Shown here: positions 13,596 through 28,046 of the stretch, in pieces
How positions within the stretch are numbered: the stretch's first letter is position 1
Layout of the letters: each line of letters starts with the position of its first letter
Assembly (NCBI GenBank): GCA_951406725.2
Contig: OX597815.1
Coordinates: forward strand, 132,618,001 to 132,682,000
Direction of reading: 5' to 3'
Length of the DNA: 64,000 nt
Source of the DNA: Octopus vulgaris
Taxonomy: Eukaryota
The notes under the pieces: generated by a model
What the model saw: the letters and a program-made list of their open reading frames with translations, nothing else
What the model was told of the DNA's origin: nothing
The model's database searches: none
Translations under genes and position numbers: made by a program

Positions 13596-14889
13596 GATGA
13601 TTCCGCAACCATGAAAGTACTAGTTTATTTCAATATTAAAATTGGAAAATTGGAAAATTTAAAAATATGACGTGAAAATGAGACCAAATTGGAATGTTAT
13701 TATTTAATATATTCTTCTATACACAATCATCATACACAGTCTTATATGTATATAATTATATATGTGTGTATGTATGAATCTATCTCTGATACATTCATAC
13801 ATACGCAAAAGCTACAAATCAGTCAACAGGATTGAAAAAGATATTTACTTCCATTGAAGCCCAAAGAGGACAAGAAACTAATGAGTTAGATCCTAGTTTA
13901 TCTCCGAGAGATTAAACAGTTTTGTATATTCAATTCCCTTTTTCATCATAGTGATGTTAAAAACATCTGTTTAAATATACAAAAAAGACGTGTCTTAAAT
14001 TTAAGTTATACTAAAAGTCATAGTAAAGTTTTAGGATGTAATCTACATTGACAATATATTCAATATATGGACTGGCGAATTTACTTTAGACTTAAAGCAT
14101 ATAAAATATAGATTGTTCTACGTTTACAAACACTTCGTATGCGCAAAAGATTACTCTTTCTCAGATGAATGTTTAAGGAGTCCAGAAACGAATTACTTAA
14201 ATTCAGTCCTTTTCTGGTCCCAAATTAATTACATCAGGACTAAGAACATTTTGAATTTCTTTTTTAAATGACTACGATTTCGTTAAACACACACGCACAT
14301 ACATCCACGTTTTTGCCTGTTCCAATTCTGTCGACCTAACAATATACTTCCCACATCACTCATATTCAACTCTTCTCAACAATCAAGCGCTTCTGTTATC
14401 TTAAGTAGCATCAGACTGGTTAACAGGTCTTTCCCCTTCACAAGCATTCAATTCGACTCTTTTATTTCCCGCCGGTACCAGTTATCATAAACAACTTGTC
14501 CTTCTGAACACCAACCTTAACGAAACTAACAGCTGCTCCAGATAGCTTCAAATCTTCCAAGCTACATTTACTGCATCACATTCCGACTATCTTCATTATT
14601 ATATTTATACAAAATGGGTTAGGGATTATCAGATCTGTTTAACAACTTAAAGATATCCAACTAAAACTCGACGGATAATCCGCTGTCCAGAAGCTCTCAT
14701 TATCAGTACCTCTGCATCTTCCATTTTGTCCAAAACAACGGCTCTTATTTCTTCAGTGTTCGGCGTGACAGACAAATGCTTTTCCAACTCGGAACAACTT
14801 AATATCTCGAATTAAATTATCGATATCATATACTTTTGTTAGCAGCATATGAACAAATACGCATTCAAGCAAAAATCCAAGGAATATAT

Positions 14890-15104
14890 ATGTGAAGGGT
14901 GCTGAAAAGTTCCTAGTTTTCAGTAAAATAAAATACAGGATGATTAGTCAATTATGATTTTATTCAGCATATTCCACACTCAAATTCACATATTTATTGC
15001 AGTGGTTCTTCTGTTTTTCTACGCCCTGTAAAAGAACTCAGAAGGTTTGGTCTCCACTTAAAATCTCCACACTTAAATCTATGAACTTTCAGCACCCCCT
15101 CGTA
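14890..15104. mobile_element. Mariner-type MITE; second copy at 25744-25941
   Basis: TIR consensus TA-CGAGGGGGTGCTGAAAAGTT...TTCAGCACCCCCTCG-TA; shared internal TTATGATTTTATTCAGCATATTCC. Confidence 0.8.
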
Positions 15105-15160
15105 CACATTACGCTACACCATATACAAATATTCGTGATTCATCAACAAGCACATACATT

Positions 15161-15201
<41 letters not shown>

Positions 15202-15972
15202 TACACACACATGCATATACATAATGGTAGAACAGTATACCTGCTGGAGTTGGTCAGCTTTAATCTGGCACACATATACCACACTCCACTAAATTCATTT
15301 GCTTTCATCAAATATATACATACTCAGTTGTATATGTTAATTTGAACACGGTATGTATATATACATACCAACCCGATATGTATATATTCGGTATTTTCTC
15401 GAGGTTGTTCGGCATATCATTTTGTAGGCAATTCTGAAAACTTTTATTCGACATGTGTTATTAAGGTTAACCTTAATGACCAACAGAAAGTCAATAGTTG
15501 CATAATTATATGATGTTGCAAGATTAATTAACTTGAATTAAGATGAAACAATTGCAAATTGAAGTAGTAAAATCATTTTCTCACTGCGTTCTACATTTGC
15601 GATTATAAAAAAATTGGTTATTTCTGGATTTTCATGAATTTATTTGAAGAACAAACAAGCGCCACTCCAGGTTGCAGGCTCGTCTGATAGCCTATATCTG
15701 TGGATGTGTGGATTAGTTTTATATACATATGTATATTACACGAAAGCACGTGCTTGTGATACAAGCATCTCTTCTACACATCTTTAATTGCACCTGTAAT
15801 GTACGTGGATGTATACAGACACACACACACGCGCGCGCACACACACATTATTTTTCCGTTTTGTTTTGGGAATTATTTAGGCTTGGAAACAATTTGTAAA
15901 ATATTTATTGGATTTGTACCAAGTTTAGATTAGAGATCGTCTACACCTATATATTTTCCCTTTACTTACACT

Positions 15973-16007
<35 letters not shown>

Positions 16008-16059
16008 CATACATATATATATATTTATATATGTATGTATGCATTATGTTCAACGGAAC

Positions 16060-16640
16060 ACAATACTACTTCTGGTAACAAAGAATCCGCGCCACCATCA
16101 AAACAAATTTGCCAATCATGAAACAAAATGAAAAATAAAAAAATACACAATAACTAATCAAACACTTATAAGCAAAGGCAACCACATAACCTAAAGAAAC
16201 TACTCCGAAAGCTAAATTCAACAGGAACAAACATGATAAAGCATTCAGAGATTTGGAACATGTCAATATATGCATACTGGTAGATCCATTAGAGCAAAAT
16301 ATTGACAGGTTTTCAGAAATGCAGATATGAACTACAAAAACAGAAATTTGATCTATTGCATGAAATGCCCTAATTGCGAGGAACTATGCATTGCGAGACA
16401 GGGGGTGAATTATCAGAACGCTCAATAGTTCACGGACAACAAATCCGGAACACTAATGTTCGCCAAATTCCATTGAACGAACATATAGAAACTGGTGGTC
16501 AGATAATGTTTCTAATTTTTAATTTCCACAAACTACATCACACTAGTGATGTTGGAAGAAAGATAACAGAAAAACTTATCATTAAAGTGTCCAGACCTAT
16601 TCTGAATGGAAATAACAAGAATAATATAACAACCAGTTAA
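16060..16640 (+). pseudogene. Degraded Penelope-like GIY-YIG endonuclease fragment
   Basis: Broken frames give CQYMH / NLIYCMKCPNC / LSER..VHGQQIRN...QIPLNEHIE...TEKLIIK..RPILN, paralleling the ORF at 44520-45491. Confidence 0.65.
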
Positions 16641-17169
16641 TAATGTCGATTTTAATATATCTTTAACATGTTAAGCAAATTACAGAAGACTCCCACCGAT
16701 TGATATAAAGATGATCGAAACCAACTACGTTTGCTCATTCATAAAGCCATTACATATAAATCGCAAGCTAATTGGTTAAAATACAGGCGAGATCTATGCC
16801 AGTAATATCGGTGCGCCAGACAAACCGTAACGTTTAAGCAGCAAGCTTATTGATCGAAGCATTTTCGAAAATTTCAGCTTGTCGGAGCCTTCCAAAGGTA
16901 TAAAAAGTAAGACGCCTGTCATCTTAATACGGTTGTCAAGAACTCAACTTAACTGTCACTCAATGCATTTCGAAATATGACGATTACTACGAACGTATGA
17001 AAGCGCTAATTTAACTTTATGAACATTACTAGATATTTTTTTAATGTTTAACAGACTTCAACATCGAAAGAATTTGTTTTAAATACAATAATAAAAAACG
17101 TGAAAACCAGACAATATTGTAACTTTATTCAACTTTTGTATTATTCTATACACATTTACACAAGTTCGG

Positions 17170-17232
<63 letters not shown>

Positions 17233-17627
17233 TATATGTAGTTATGGCATATTCTGTTAAGAACGTAGCAGAGTGCAGTATAAACTCGTCCAGATTTTAC
17301 CCTGTGCTATCTACTAGTAGTATTATACGTACTTTCATGTTTGCGTTAGGGCTTCTGTCGTGTGTGAATAGACAATTAAAAAGAAATGGAGTCAACAAGT
17401 ACGTTTGGGCAGTTATTTTCAATCTCTACAATTGTTTCTACGCAACGTAGTTTTCCATGTGTGCCGATACTTGATTATGCAACTGTTTCCCTGCATTATG
17501 AGATCTAGTTTTGTTTCCTCAGGTGATATGTAAACAGAAAGAATTTTTAACGATTGTAAATAAATGTCCAACTGTACTCCTTGTTGTTGACTCCAAATTG
17601 TTTCAATCATATATTTATATATATAGT

Positions 17628-17986
17628 GACACTCCGTCGGTTACAACGACTATGGTTCCAATTGATCTAATCAACCGAACAGCCTGCTCGTGAAATTAAC
17701 GTGCAAGTGGCTGAGCACTCCACAGATACGTATACCCTTAATGTAGCTCTCAGGGACGATCAGCGTGACACAGAGTGTGATATGGCTGACCCCTTGAATT
17801 ACAGGTACAACAGAAACATGGAGAAAGTGTGAGAGAAAGTTGTGGTGAAAGAGTACAGCAAGCTTTGCCACCATCTCCTGTTAGATTCTCGTGGAGCTTT
17901 AGGTGCTTATGCTCAATAAACACTCACCACGCCCGATCCTACGAGCGTGAGTCCGCTGCCCTAACCACTGTGCTATTGCGCCTCCA
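17628..17986 (-). mobile_element. tRNA-derived SINE family D; second copy at 48071-48463 (+)
   Basis: Head GGAGGC.CAAT.GCACAGTGGTTAGGG.AGC.GACTCACG; shared body GAGTGCTCAGCCACTTGCACGTTAATTTCACGAGCAGGCTGTTC. Confidence 0.85.
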
Positions 17987-18447
17987 CTCATATATATATA
18001 TATATATATATATGTCACCAAAGGACACGCTCAACTGTTTAAGGTCCAACAACTGACAAGCAAATCTGAGGTACTGAACAGAATATTTGCTGTAGCCTAT
18101 CTTTTATACCAAGACAAAACAATGTATATGATAATACTTCCAATCATTTAAGATGAGAAACCATGAGAGCCACTGCCTAGTACTAGGTCGTATACGAAGA
18201 ACTAAGTGAATAAACACCTGAGTTGATAACAGATCCACTCGTAGTATATTTTCTCGGCAAATTCATCTGACCATTCAAGTGTACAAATGCAAATGTTTAA
18301 CATAAGGATAATGAGAATAGATATGCATGTGAGTTGTAAATATGTGTGTATGTATGCATAAATGCGATCGTAAGGTCAGTAGAAAAGTATGTAGGTAGGT
18401 ATATAGATTGTTAGATAGATAGATAGATAATTAGATAGATAGATAAT

Positions 18448-18523
<76 letters not shown>

Positions 18524-18628
18524 CAGACAGGTAGGTAGGTCGGTCGGTCGGTAGGTAGGTAGGTAGGTAGGTAGGTAGGTAGGTATGTTGGTAGGTAGGT
18601 AGGTAGGTAGTAGGTAGGTAGGTAGGTA

Positions 18629-19882
18629 TTAGGTTGTCCGGAAATTCTATGAGTTTTTTGATATGGAAAAAGTGATATAAATAATTAACCTTCCAATAAA
18701 TTTTATTGGATGAAATAATTTCCATTATTTTTAATGACTTTTGCACATTTATCATGCAATTCAAATATTCCATCAGTAGAGAATTTGTCTTTGAAGAAAA
18801 AAGTTGTCTAGATGCATTTTGACTCTATCTAGATCGATAAATGTATTTCCTTGCAATGAGCTCTGTAGAGACAAAAACAAGTGATGGCACTATAGCTGGA
18901 GAATATGGTGAATGGGGAAAGAGAAGTCAGTCAAGTTCACGTAACTTTGGGTAGCCAAAGACACATGTGGTAGGACATTGTCTTGTTGGAACACCACCCC
19001 TTTCCTGTTGGCAATCTTCAACCTCAATTCTTTGACGTTTTTTTTCTCGTTCAAATTAGCCAGCTGACAACAGTACACATCATATTTAACGATCTGGGTT
19101 TGTGGGAGAAGATCATAATAAATAATGCTTTTATGATCCAACCAAACACAAAGCATAGTTTCTTGGCATGGATATTCGTCTTTGGTTGCTGTTTTGGGCG
19201 ATCCTTATGCAAACTCCAGGATATTGTTCGCACTATGTTTTTGTACACGTTCCATTTTCATCTCCAGTCATGAGTTGTTTCAAAAAGCCATGCTTTCATT
19301 CCGTTTCAAAAGCATATCACAAACGGAATACCGGTCCGTGCAATTATTTTCTGAGAGTTTGTGAGGGGCCCATACATTATAATGAGAAATGTATCCTAGC
19401 TTCACTAGCCGTCCATGAGCCGTACGTTTAGAAACTATGAGTTCTCTAGTCTTGATATTTGAGTTTTCTTCGATTTTTGATTTCAAAACATCTTCATCCA
19501 CTTTTGAAGGTTTTCCACCGACTGTCATCTTCCAAGCTAAACTCTCCAGCTTTAAATCTTGCAAGCCATTTGATTCACCACAACATTTGATTCACCCACA
19601 ACATCAGTAACATAAATTTCGCAAATGTTTTTGCAAGTTTTTGCAGCATTTTTTTTCCTTTTTTAAATTAGAAAAGTATTAAATGCTAATATCAAATTTT
19701 GGTTATCCATTTCAATTTTTCAAAAGAGTAAGCGGAATGAAAAATAAATCTATTTTTAGTCAGAAACAAAGAGGAGACACACTATCACTTCAAGCACCGC
19801 CACAGTTTTACGTTTCAGGTGTGTTCAATGAAGCGTTAAAAGATTTAGCTTAAAAACCCTCAGAACTTACCGGACGACCTAA
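18629..19882 (-). mobile_element. Mariner transposon with a degenerate transposase, inserted in a (TAGG)n tract
   Basis: TIRs TTAGGTTGTCCGGAAA / TTACCGGACGACCTAA. Fragments GKPSKVDEDVLK, WAPHKLSE, HAKK..MLCVWLD..IIYYDLL and FQQDNVLPH are mariner motifs; multiple frameshifts. Confidence 0.9.
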
Positions 19883-20024
19883 CAGGTAGGTAGATAAACA
19901 GGTAGGTAAGTAGCGTGGATTCATTCTTCTGCCAATGAAAAATAGATTTATTTTGAATGATCACAGTGCAAGGTTCAAGGATCGGTCTAGTTTATTTCAA
20001 ATATACTTAAATAATTAAGCAGAG

Positions 20025-20110
<86 letters not shown>

Positions 20111-20294
20111 TTTTCTACCCTAGGCACAAGGCGCGAAAGTTTCAGGGACGCTGGCAGTCGATTAGGTCGATTCCAGTCTGCAGCTGGTACTTAATTTATC
20201 GACTCCGAGGGGATGAAAGGTAGTCGACCTCAGCGGAATTTGAATATATGTATATATAGACGCTTACTTGGAAATGGATGCGTGGCGTTCAATT

Positions 20295-20370
<76 letters not shown>

Positions 20371-20739
20371 GCATATATGGTTACAGGACGTGTAATACAC
20401 ACACACACCTTACACATTGTGCCTATATGTATATATTCGAATGTCTCCGAGTACGTATAAATATAGCTTCACACACGTTTGTGTGTGAGAGAGACAGAGA
20501 GCAAATTAAAGCAAGAGTTTTAATTAAATTCTTTAATATATCATCGTATATTTCATAATCTTTATACTTGTTTTAATAGTGTTTACTAGCATTTTCTGTG
20601 GTAATCGTTACCTAATTGATAACCAGATTAGGTCATCAGATGCACAGAAGATAGCTATTTAGTCTATCAGTAAATGCCAAACCTAGTTTTTACTTAGACC
20701 CAAATAAAATCTATTTTATTCTACTTTCGGATATCACGG

Positions 20740-21007
20740 TATCAACGAGACTATCGGATGTTACTGTACACCGCTGGTCACAATGCGATTTGCCTTGTTT
20801 TATCTTTAGAACAGGTCAACATACCCCCACCTCACTCTGATCGGAAAGCCATTCCGTCACAAAGTTGGCCATTGACAGCTTAGTGGCTTGTAGCAACATG
20901 AAATTCAGTGTTTTTGCTCAAGAACACAAAGCACCATGACAATTTAACCCATGACAATCTAGTGATCGTAAGTGTAATACCCCAATCACTAGGCCACGCG
21001 CCTTCAC
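20740..21007 (-). mobile_element. tRNA/CORE-type SINE family E; second copy at 28811-29073
   Basis: Minus strand GTGAAGGCGC.TGGC..AGTG...TTACGATC...GTGTTCTTGAGCAAAA. Confidence 0.7.
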
Positions 21008-21042
21008 ATACCCTCGAATAGAGACTCTATAATTATTCTTTT

Positions 21043-21195
21043 CTTTTCTACTCTAGGCACAAGGCTCGAAATTTCGGGGAAGGGGGCCAGTCGAACAGAT
21101 CGATCACAGTACGCAGCTGGCACTTAATTTATCGACCCCAAAGGGTGAAAGGAAAAGTCAGCCTCGGTTGACTTTGAACTCAGAACGTAGCGGCA
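21043..21195 (-). mobile_element. Family A SINE, 5'-truncated; another at 20108-20243
   Basis: TTTTCTACTCTAGGCACAAGG...ATCGACCCC...TTTGAACTCAGAACG. Confidence 0.8.
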
Positions 21196-23336
21196 ATACA
21201 GCTTCTCAGAAGTAGAGGATTCTGGACAGTTGGTAGAGACTATTTGGTGAATGAGAGAAAGAGAGAACTGTGGTTTGGAAAATGAGAGAGAGTGCACAAT
21301 TTGCGATGCACTGAGGAGTATTTCCGTTTGGTATTACCAGTTTTACAGTGTTGAATAAAATCCGTTCAGTTTGAATTATTAGATGATGTTTTATTGCAAT
21401 GTATGCTGGTCACCAATTCACATTTATTATTAATATCAATAAGTTTTAGGTATCTACTTTCTATACTCGACAATAAAATCTAATAATCTTGATAACTTTT
21501 TGGAATTTCTAACCCCCCATCTGGAAAATGTCCAAAAAATAGTCACCACATAATATCTCGATGTAAAATATTTTGTAAACATATATCGGCTTGAAATGAT
21601 TGCCGCTTTGCATTCGTTCATTTAAGTCTATAAGGAACTTGAGATATTTTAAGCACAACCAATAATATTTCTTTATATGGAATTAACATGTGAGTAAGCC
21701 AATCCTAACGGTTTCAATAAGTATTATTTAATATTAGAAATGGAGACCATTTTTATCTTTATACTATATAATTTTTTAGTACTCATTTTCCTCTTAACGA
21801 CGCCGTTTGGGACGAAAGTATAGTTGGTTAAATATATCCATTCCCAATTTTAAATTAGACCGCAAATTGTGTAGGAGAAAGTAGGGTAGTATTTATAATC
21901 GATATCAGCACTTGATGGTACGTACTTTACCGATCATAGGAGCATGAAAAGTGTAGTAGATTATATCGCAATTGTGATTTAAATCGTAAACTGGTGTAAC
22001 GTGAAGCATCTATAGAAGATCCTTAAACTATTTCCAAAATTGCACAGACATACATGTTCAACATTGATTTTCAGTAATTTCAGCCGGATACACGCACACA
22101 CACACAGGCTCACGCACACATACACAGGCACATGCACGCACGCACGCACACGCAGACACACACACATTCTTAAGTATGTATTAATTAGATACGTATAGTA
22201 TACCTGGTTTAGGTATTACGAGTGGCATCATAATTTCATGGCCTCGTAAACAATTTTATTATCAGTTTAAAATAAAACTTTACATTTTTTCACTGAAGTC
22301 GTTTAACGTTTTCCAAGCGTCTTATATTCTGGCTATACAAAAATATTGATTGCTATGAAAACGTTTTTATTTTTGGTGGGGATTGCGTTTCTCATCTATA
22401 TCATTCATTAATATTTCATACACATTCGCATTTCATACCATAGTTCAAAGAAAAACTGAAATGTTTATTATTTCAATCAAATAGAAAGGGATAAATATAC
22501 TTTTTCTCAGCGATCCCCATTTGGGACTTTTCGAAAAATTTATCATAATTTCCCAAATAATTCACATACGAAGAAAATTTAAATGATATATATTACTTTA
22601 ACTACTAACACAACTGGCACAGCCAATAAATTTGAATTAAAAAATTTGGGAGTTAATGGCTTAAATCACTGTTTTATCAATGTGAATTTATAATTTCTGA
22701 GCTAATTAATTATGGACCATCAAGACTCAGTTCTCCTTTAGGTCTAAAGTTTGTCCTTGTTCTTTGGTAAAGGTAATCCCCGATGTCAAACATCCGGCAA
22801 AGCGTTGAAATGAAAATTCAAACCTTTCAGCATGTATTTCAAGTTATAGAATCAATGAACAATACAGACAATTTGTCTAGATCAATTATAACGAAGATTA
22901 TACTTGAAGGTTCGACATTCACCATTTGAAAAGGTTGTTGAGTTAAAAGATATCGGCAATGAATCCTCTACTAAGTTCCGTTCTTTCAATACGTAAATAC
23001 CAACACGAAGAGCCTATAACTTTTCTCCAGCTTTATTATAAGGATTCGGTCGTTAGACACTTACTCTATGCAGAGTGTCGTTGTAGTTAATACACATAGG
23101 GCCTGCATCCTCTACTAGTTTAGTTCTGTAATACGTAAATTTCTGCGACCAAAATAATTAATACTATAAGACTTGTATCGAAATTAATAAGATAATCAGG
23201 TTGAAATAAGTTATTCGTCGCACTGTTTATTTCTTTCAGAACAATAATGGTTATATTTTGTGTGTATATATTCGACATTTCCTGTCGACCGATCGTCTTG
23301 AAGTACTAAAGTACTATATCTGTATAACCATATATA

Positions 23337-23595
23337 TATATTCTGTTGTGTCTGGGGAGAGTCATTCTCTTTTAGTGCCTTATTATTTAACACACTCACT
23401 AGTAAAATTTCCACCTATTTCTTAATTTTATTTTCTAAAATTTTCGTTGGGTCTTGCAAGACTATTGAAAAGGTTGCAAGACGCAACGAAAATTTTAAAA
23501 AATAAAAATAAGAAATAAGTGGAAATTTTACCGGTGAGTGTGTTAAATAATAAGGCACTAAAAGAGAATGATTCTCCCCAGACACAAGAGAATAT
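23337..23595. repeat. Fold-back palindrome (~122-bp arms) between TA tracts
   Basis: 23337-23459 is the near-perfect reverse complement of 23474-23595; the ORF track shows mirrored peptides MEILLVSVLNN/MEILPVSVLNN. Confidence 0.9.
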
Positions 23596-23648
23596 GCTTC
23601 AACACACGAACTCATATAAAGAATCTTGCAAACCAAATCCCAAAACGA

Positions 23649-23695
<47 letters not shown>

Positions 23696-23737
23696 ATAAT
23701 TCAAATAGGACGACAATGATAAATGTTAAAACTTCTT

Positions 23738-24081
23738 TACTAAGAGCGCAAATCTCCGCCAAAGAAACACGATCGTCCTCTCACTTTTAAAATAGGATTA
23801 TCTGAAATAAACTCGACTGCTCTCACAAACGAGCATACTGAAAATGAATCCCACGGCTCTCAAAAATTAAGTAAACAGGAAAAATAATCCAGAATCTTTA
23901 TCCGGTACGGGATGGATCCCAGATTCTAATCATTTCGTGCCAGTCACAGGGCCAAACATCCCTGAAATTTTCATCCGCATCCATCCTGCAGTTCTTGAGA
24001 TATCTTGTCCACGGGCAAACAAAAAAAAAAAAAAACACCACTGGAAACAATACCTCCACCTTCACTAATACGGAGGTGATA
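23738..24081. mobile_element. HINE/Helentron-type non-autonomous element
   Basis: Subterminal CTCCGCCAA, core AAATTTTCATCCGCATCCATCC..AGTTCTTGAGATATC, A-rich tract, terminal hairpin ACCTCC...GGAGGT. Confidence 0.65.
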
Positions 24082-24297
24082 ATCAGTTACAGTTGTTTCT
24101 GTTCCAACTTTGCTTTCAACGCCAGTTCATGCAAAACCTCAAGGTGAAAATGTGCACACTATTTGAGGTTTTAAACAATCGAACGGCACTTCCTCAGACC
24201 AACATCAAAGGTGCAAATATTACGTAAATTTTCACCTTGCAATTTTGTATGAACAGGCATGGAAAGCAGAGTTGGGAGAGAAACAATCGTAACTGAT
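24082..24297. mobile_element. MITE-like fold-back with ~70-bp imperfect TIRs
   Basis: ATCAGTTAC..TTGTTTCT...CAAGGTGAAAAT versus ATTTTCACCTTG...AGAAACAA..GTAACTGAT. Confidence 0.65.
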
Positions 24298-27200
24298 CAC
24301 TAAAGATGCTTTAAAATGTATCTCTATTTCCATTATATTCTACTCCTCGATAAGGCAACACACTGGTTTTACCATCGTGAAAGTAGGATTTGTTTCACCT
24401 GAGGAATTTCGGTATTAGTCTGGAATCTGACAGTGTAGATAGCCCAGAGCTCAGCTGCATTGGAAATACCCTACCAGGAAATTATATTTGTTTATGTGTG
24501 CGTGAGAGAGAGGGGGAACAGTTCGTGTGTGCGTGTGTGTGTGTAATATTAAAACAAGTTTTCAATAATATACACATAAATGGCTAAGTTAACCTCAAGT
24601 TGAAATTCCACCGAAGTCGACTTTGCCGTTCATCCTTTCGGAGTCGATAAAATAAAATACCAGTTCAGCACTGGAGTCAAGGAAATTGACTTACATTTAT
24701 CCCCAAAATTATTGGACTTGTGCCAAATTTTGAAACCTATTATACACAAAAAAAAATGAATAAGTTTGATATTTGAAATGTTCTAACTAGCCAATACGCT
24801 CGCATTCAACGTCATAAAATATATCATAATAAATATTACTTAAGATGACAAAAAGCAAAATATTATTCATGAACTGGATGATCCCTTGATGCTACCATAT
24901 TATATGTTGTAGATCGAAACTTAAAGAAATCAGAATAACAAAGATGAAATTGTTTTCAATTCCTGCAGAGAATTTAGTACGAATGTACGCTGTCTCTCTT
25001 CTCCCGTCACGTTTATTATCTATCATAGTACTATAATACATAGGCATGGTCGTTTCTGTAGTAATGCATATGTTCACATGAATAACTTGGCATACTTACT
25101 ATTCAAACGTTGTATCGATTCCAAATTTGTGAGATCGATAAAATTATTTGACGATCAAATGCAAAACCCAACCTGGCATGGTAACAATGAATTACGCAGA
25201 AAGTTGTATGCCGTTCAAAGCCTTATTACTTAATCGGCTAATGATTTCATTGATTGACTATAATACCTCGAGTGAAACCAGCAATCGAGTACTACTGCTA
25301 CCTATTAAGTTATCTGAAGAAGAGTTCACCCACCAACGCACTTCAGTCACTGGATTACAAACATGCTGTCTCTTCTTTCAAAGATTTCTCCGGTTTCTAC
25401 AATGGTATCTTCTTCTCTGAGTCGATATTACTTGGGGTAACACAGTTAGGACTCCTCCGCTTCACTTATGTCCTATATCGTTGGAACCAAGATCGAGAAC
25501 AATATGTACACTTTCTTCTAGCAGACCAACACCCACAAACAAGAATGGATTTCACACGCCACAACTAGGTGAAGCTATGCTTGAGTTGATAGCATGTTCG
25601 CTTTGCAGTCACGTGGATTTAGCTTCAGTGCAACTGCACAGGACGTTGAAGGTCTTCCACTAAACATCTTAATCAACCAATATGCTGTGAGAGGGGATGA
25701 TAGGCGGAATCTCTGCCCCCACCCCACCCCCTGTGTATATTTATACGAGAGGATGCTGAAAAGTTTCAGTCTTTGGGTAAAAGAAGATACAGGAGATTCA
25801 GTTAATTGTTAATTATGATTTTATTCAGCATATTCCTCTCTCAGATCCACACACTAGATTTCTAAGCCCCGTAAAAAAATCTCAGATGGTTTGACCTCCA
25901 GCTAGGTCTTAAAGCCAGGAACCCTTCAGCACCCCCTCGTATGTGTGTGTATCTGCATGTTTGCACATGTGTGTGTGTATCTCCATGCTTGTATGTAGGT
26001 GTGTATGCCTGCATGTTAGACGTGACTACTTAAAATCTCATGCGAGTTTGTTTACGTCCCTGTAACTGTGACAGGTATCGAGACGAATTTGATCGAGTAT
26101 ACCTGCAAGATGGTAGCTCCAGAATAGTCGCAGTCAACGACTGGAACGAGTAAACTAATAAAAGAATAAATTCGCATTGAAATTTATACAAAACCAATTA
26201 TTTATACATCGACTTTATACATCAAAATCAGAAAGCAAAAGAAAAACTCCAAAAGGTTGCATGACTATTGATTCTAATAACTGGCTGGATGATATTATCT
26301 ACAATAATAACAAATTCTTTCTTCTTGCTAGAAGGAAGAGTCACGAAAGATTCAATCAAACCAAGTATATTGTGCTTATTTGATCCACTGCCAAGATATG
26401 AAATATTAAGTCGTATTTAATCTCAGAAATACGAAGCAAAGAATTAGATAAGTATAAAGCATTCACGCTGATTCCTTATGGTCACCGTGAATATCATATA
26501 TTGTAGCTCAACATGAAATATAACAATTCAGAATGATCTCTATAGAGATTCATCAATGTATGTTTTGGAGGAATATAACATCTTATAACAATAAATATGA
26601 CGTCGGAACAACTTTTGATGTGTGAGAACTCGACATCAGTATTAATTTTAGAACGAATATTGAAGTGTCTCTATATCGCTTTATACTACTTAATCATTAA
26701 TATCCAACGCACTATGAAAATCTTTCAGTTATGTAGAATGTTATCATAGGTATACTCTTAAATGTTTACATAGACATATACATGTGTATGTTGGTGGGGG
26801 TGCGTGTATGCATGTATATACATATAGGTACGTATATATACGTGTGTGTGCGTGTGTGTGGATATATATACGTACATATACGTACATTCCCAGATTACAT
26901 ACAAATATATATATACATATATATAATTATACATACATATTTATGTGCATATAAGTATATGTATAGCTTATATATGTACATACATACATACATATAGCAG
27001 TTCTTAAGTAAGCACAGCCAATATTCTAAAAGCGAAATTAAAAATTCACAGTGGTGCCGATATGGCCTTGTATACCATGCATTTCTCTAAGTAGCATAAA
27101 TATTATTAATGTCGATTATACTTAAGATGAAGGGAAAAAGAAATTTTAAGGCGCCAGAATACAAGAGGTACTTATTTACATTTGTCGGTCGACATTACGA

Positions 27201-27952
27201 AATCAAATGTCATCGGGGTATCTTTACTTTCAATTGTTCCATGAACGATAAAATAAGGACATTGTATGCTCTAAAGATGATTCAATTGGTTATTCTTTAC
27301 GTCTCTGGTATTTTCAGCTTTATTTGCGACAGTAAATTAAAATAATTAGCACACGTGTAAGTCAAAAAGATAACAATCGGGAAAACTAATCTCTTATTAA
27401 GAAACATACCTGAAATACAAACAGTTGTATTAGGTATTGCGATGTTTATGGGATTCACATATTTCTAAACACATTAGCAGTGTTCCTTAAGTTCTACTGA
27501 GAATGGAGAGTGAGGTGCTAGATCAGACCACCTAAAGCTGACATCATATTTTGCGTTGCTTGTTTGGTTCTACAGATAATACAGCACAGAAAGTTACCGG
27601 AGAGAAAGATATATTTTCATAGCATTATCTTAAAAATAAAATTGCTAAAATAAGTATTTTTAGGTTCCACAGAGCGGGGAATGGTGCATTTATCTGTCTC
27701 CGCATCACGGAAGAATATTGAAAACTCAGTTTCGATTGACCGGGAGGCAATTTTTCATTTACAAGATTCATTATTTTAATTAAGCAGTTAATATATTTCT
27801 GCGAATCAAATTATAGTCACCATGACTCATTTGCAGATAAGGTATGATTCATAAGTAATTGACATGGCGAAATGAACTCAGAGCCTAGAGAATTGTTATA
27901 TTTCATCCCTAGGATTAAACGCACGCAAACACACAAACACACACACACACAC

Positions 27953-28043
<91 letters not shown>

Positions 28044-28046
28044 CAG

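Noticed and set aside
13700-14830. Possible RT remnants (YIDNIFNIWTG near 14044; RTE-like traces on the minus strand)
   Set aside because: Single short motifs in heavily broken frames; too weak to delimit without a profile search.
25250-25700. 104-aa ORF / possible RTE C-terminal remnant
   Set aside because: No clear motifs or splice signals; only vague similarity.
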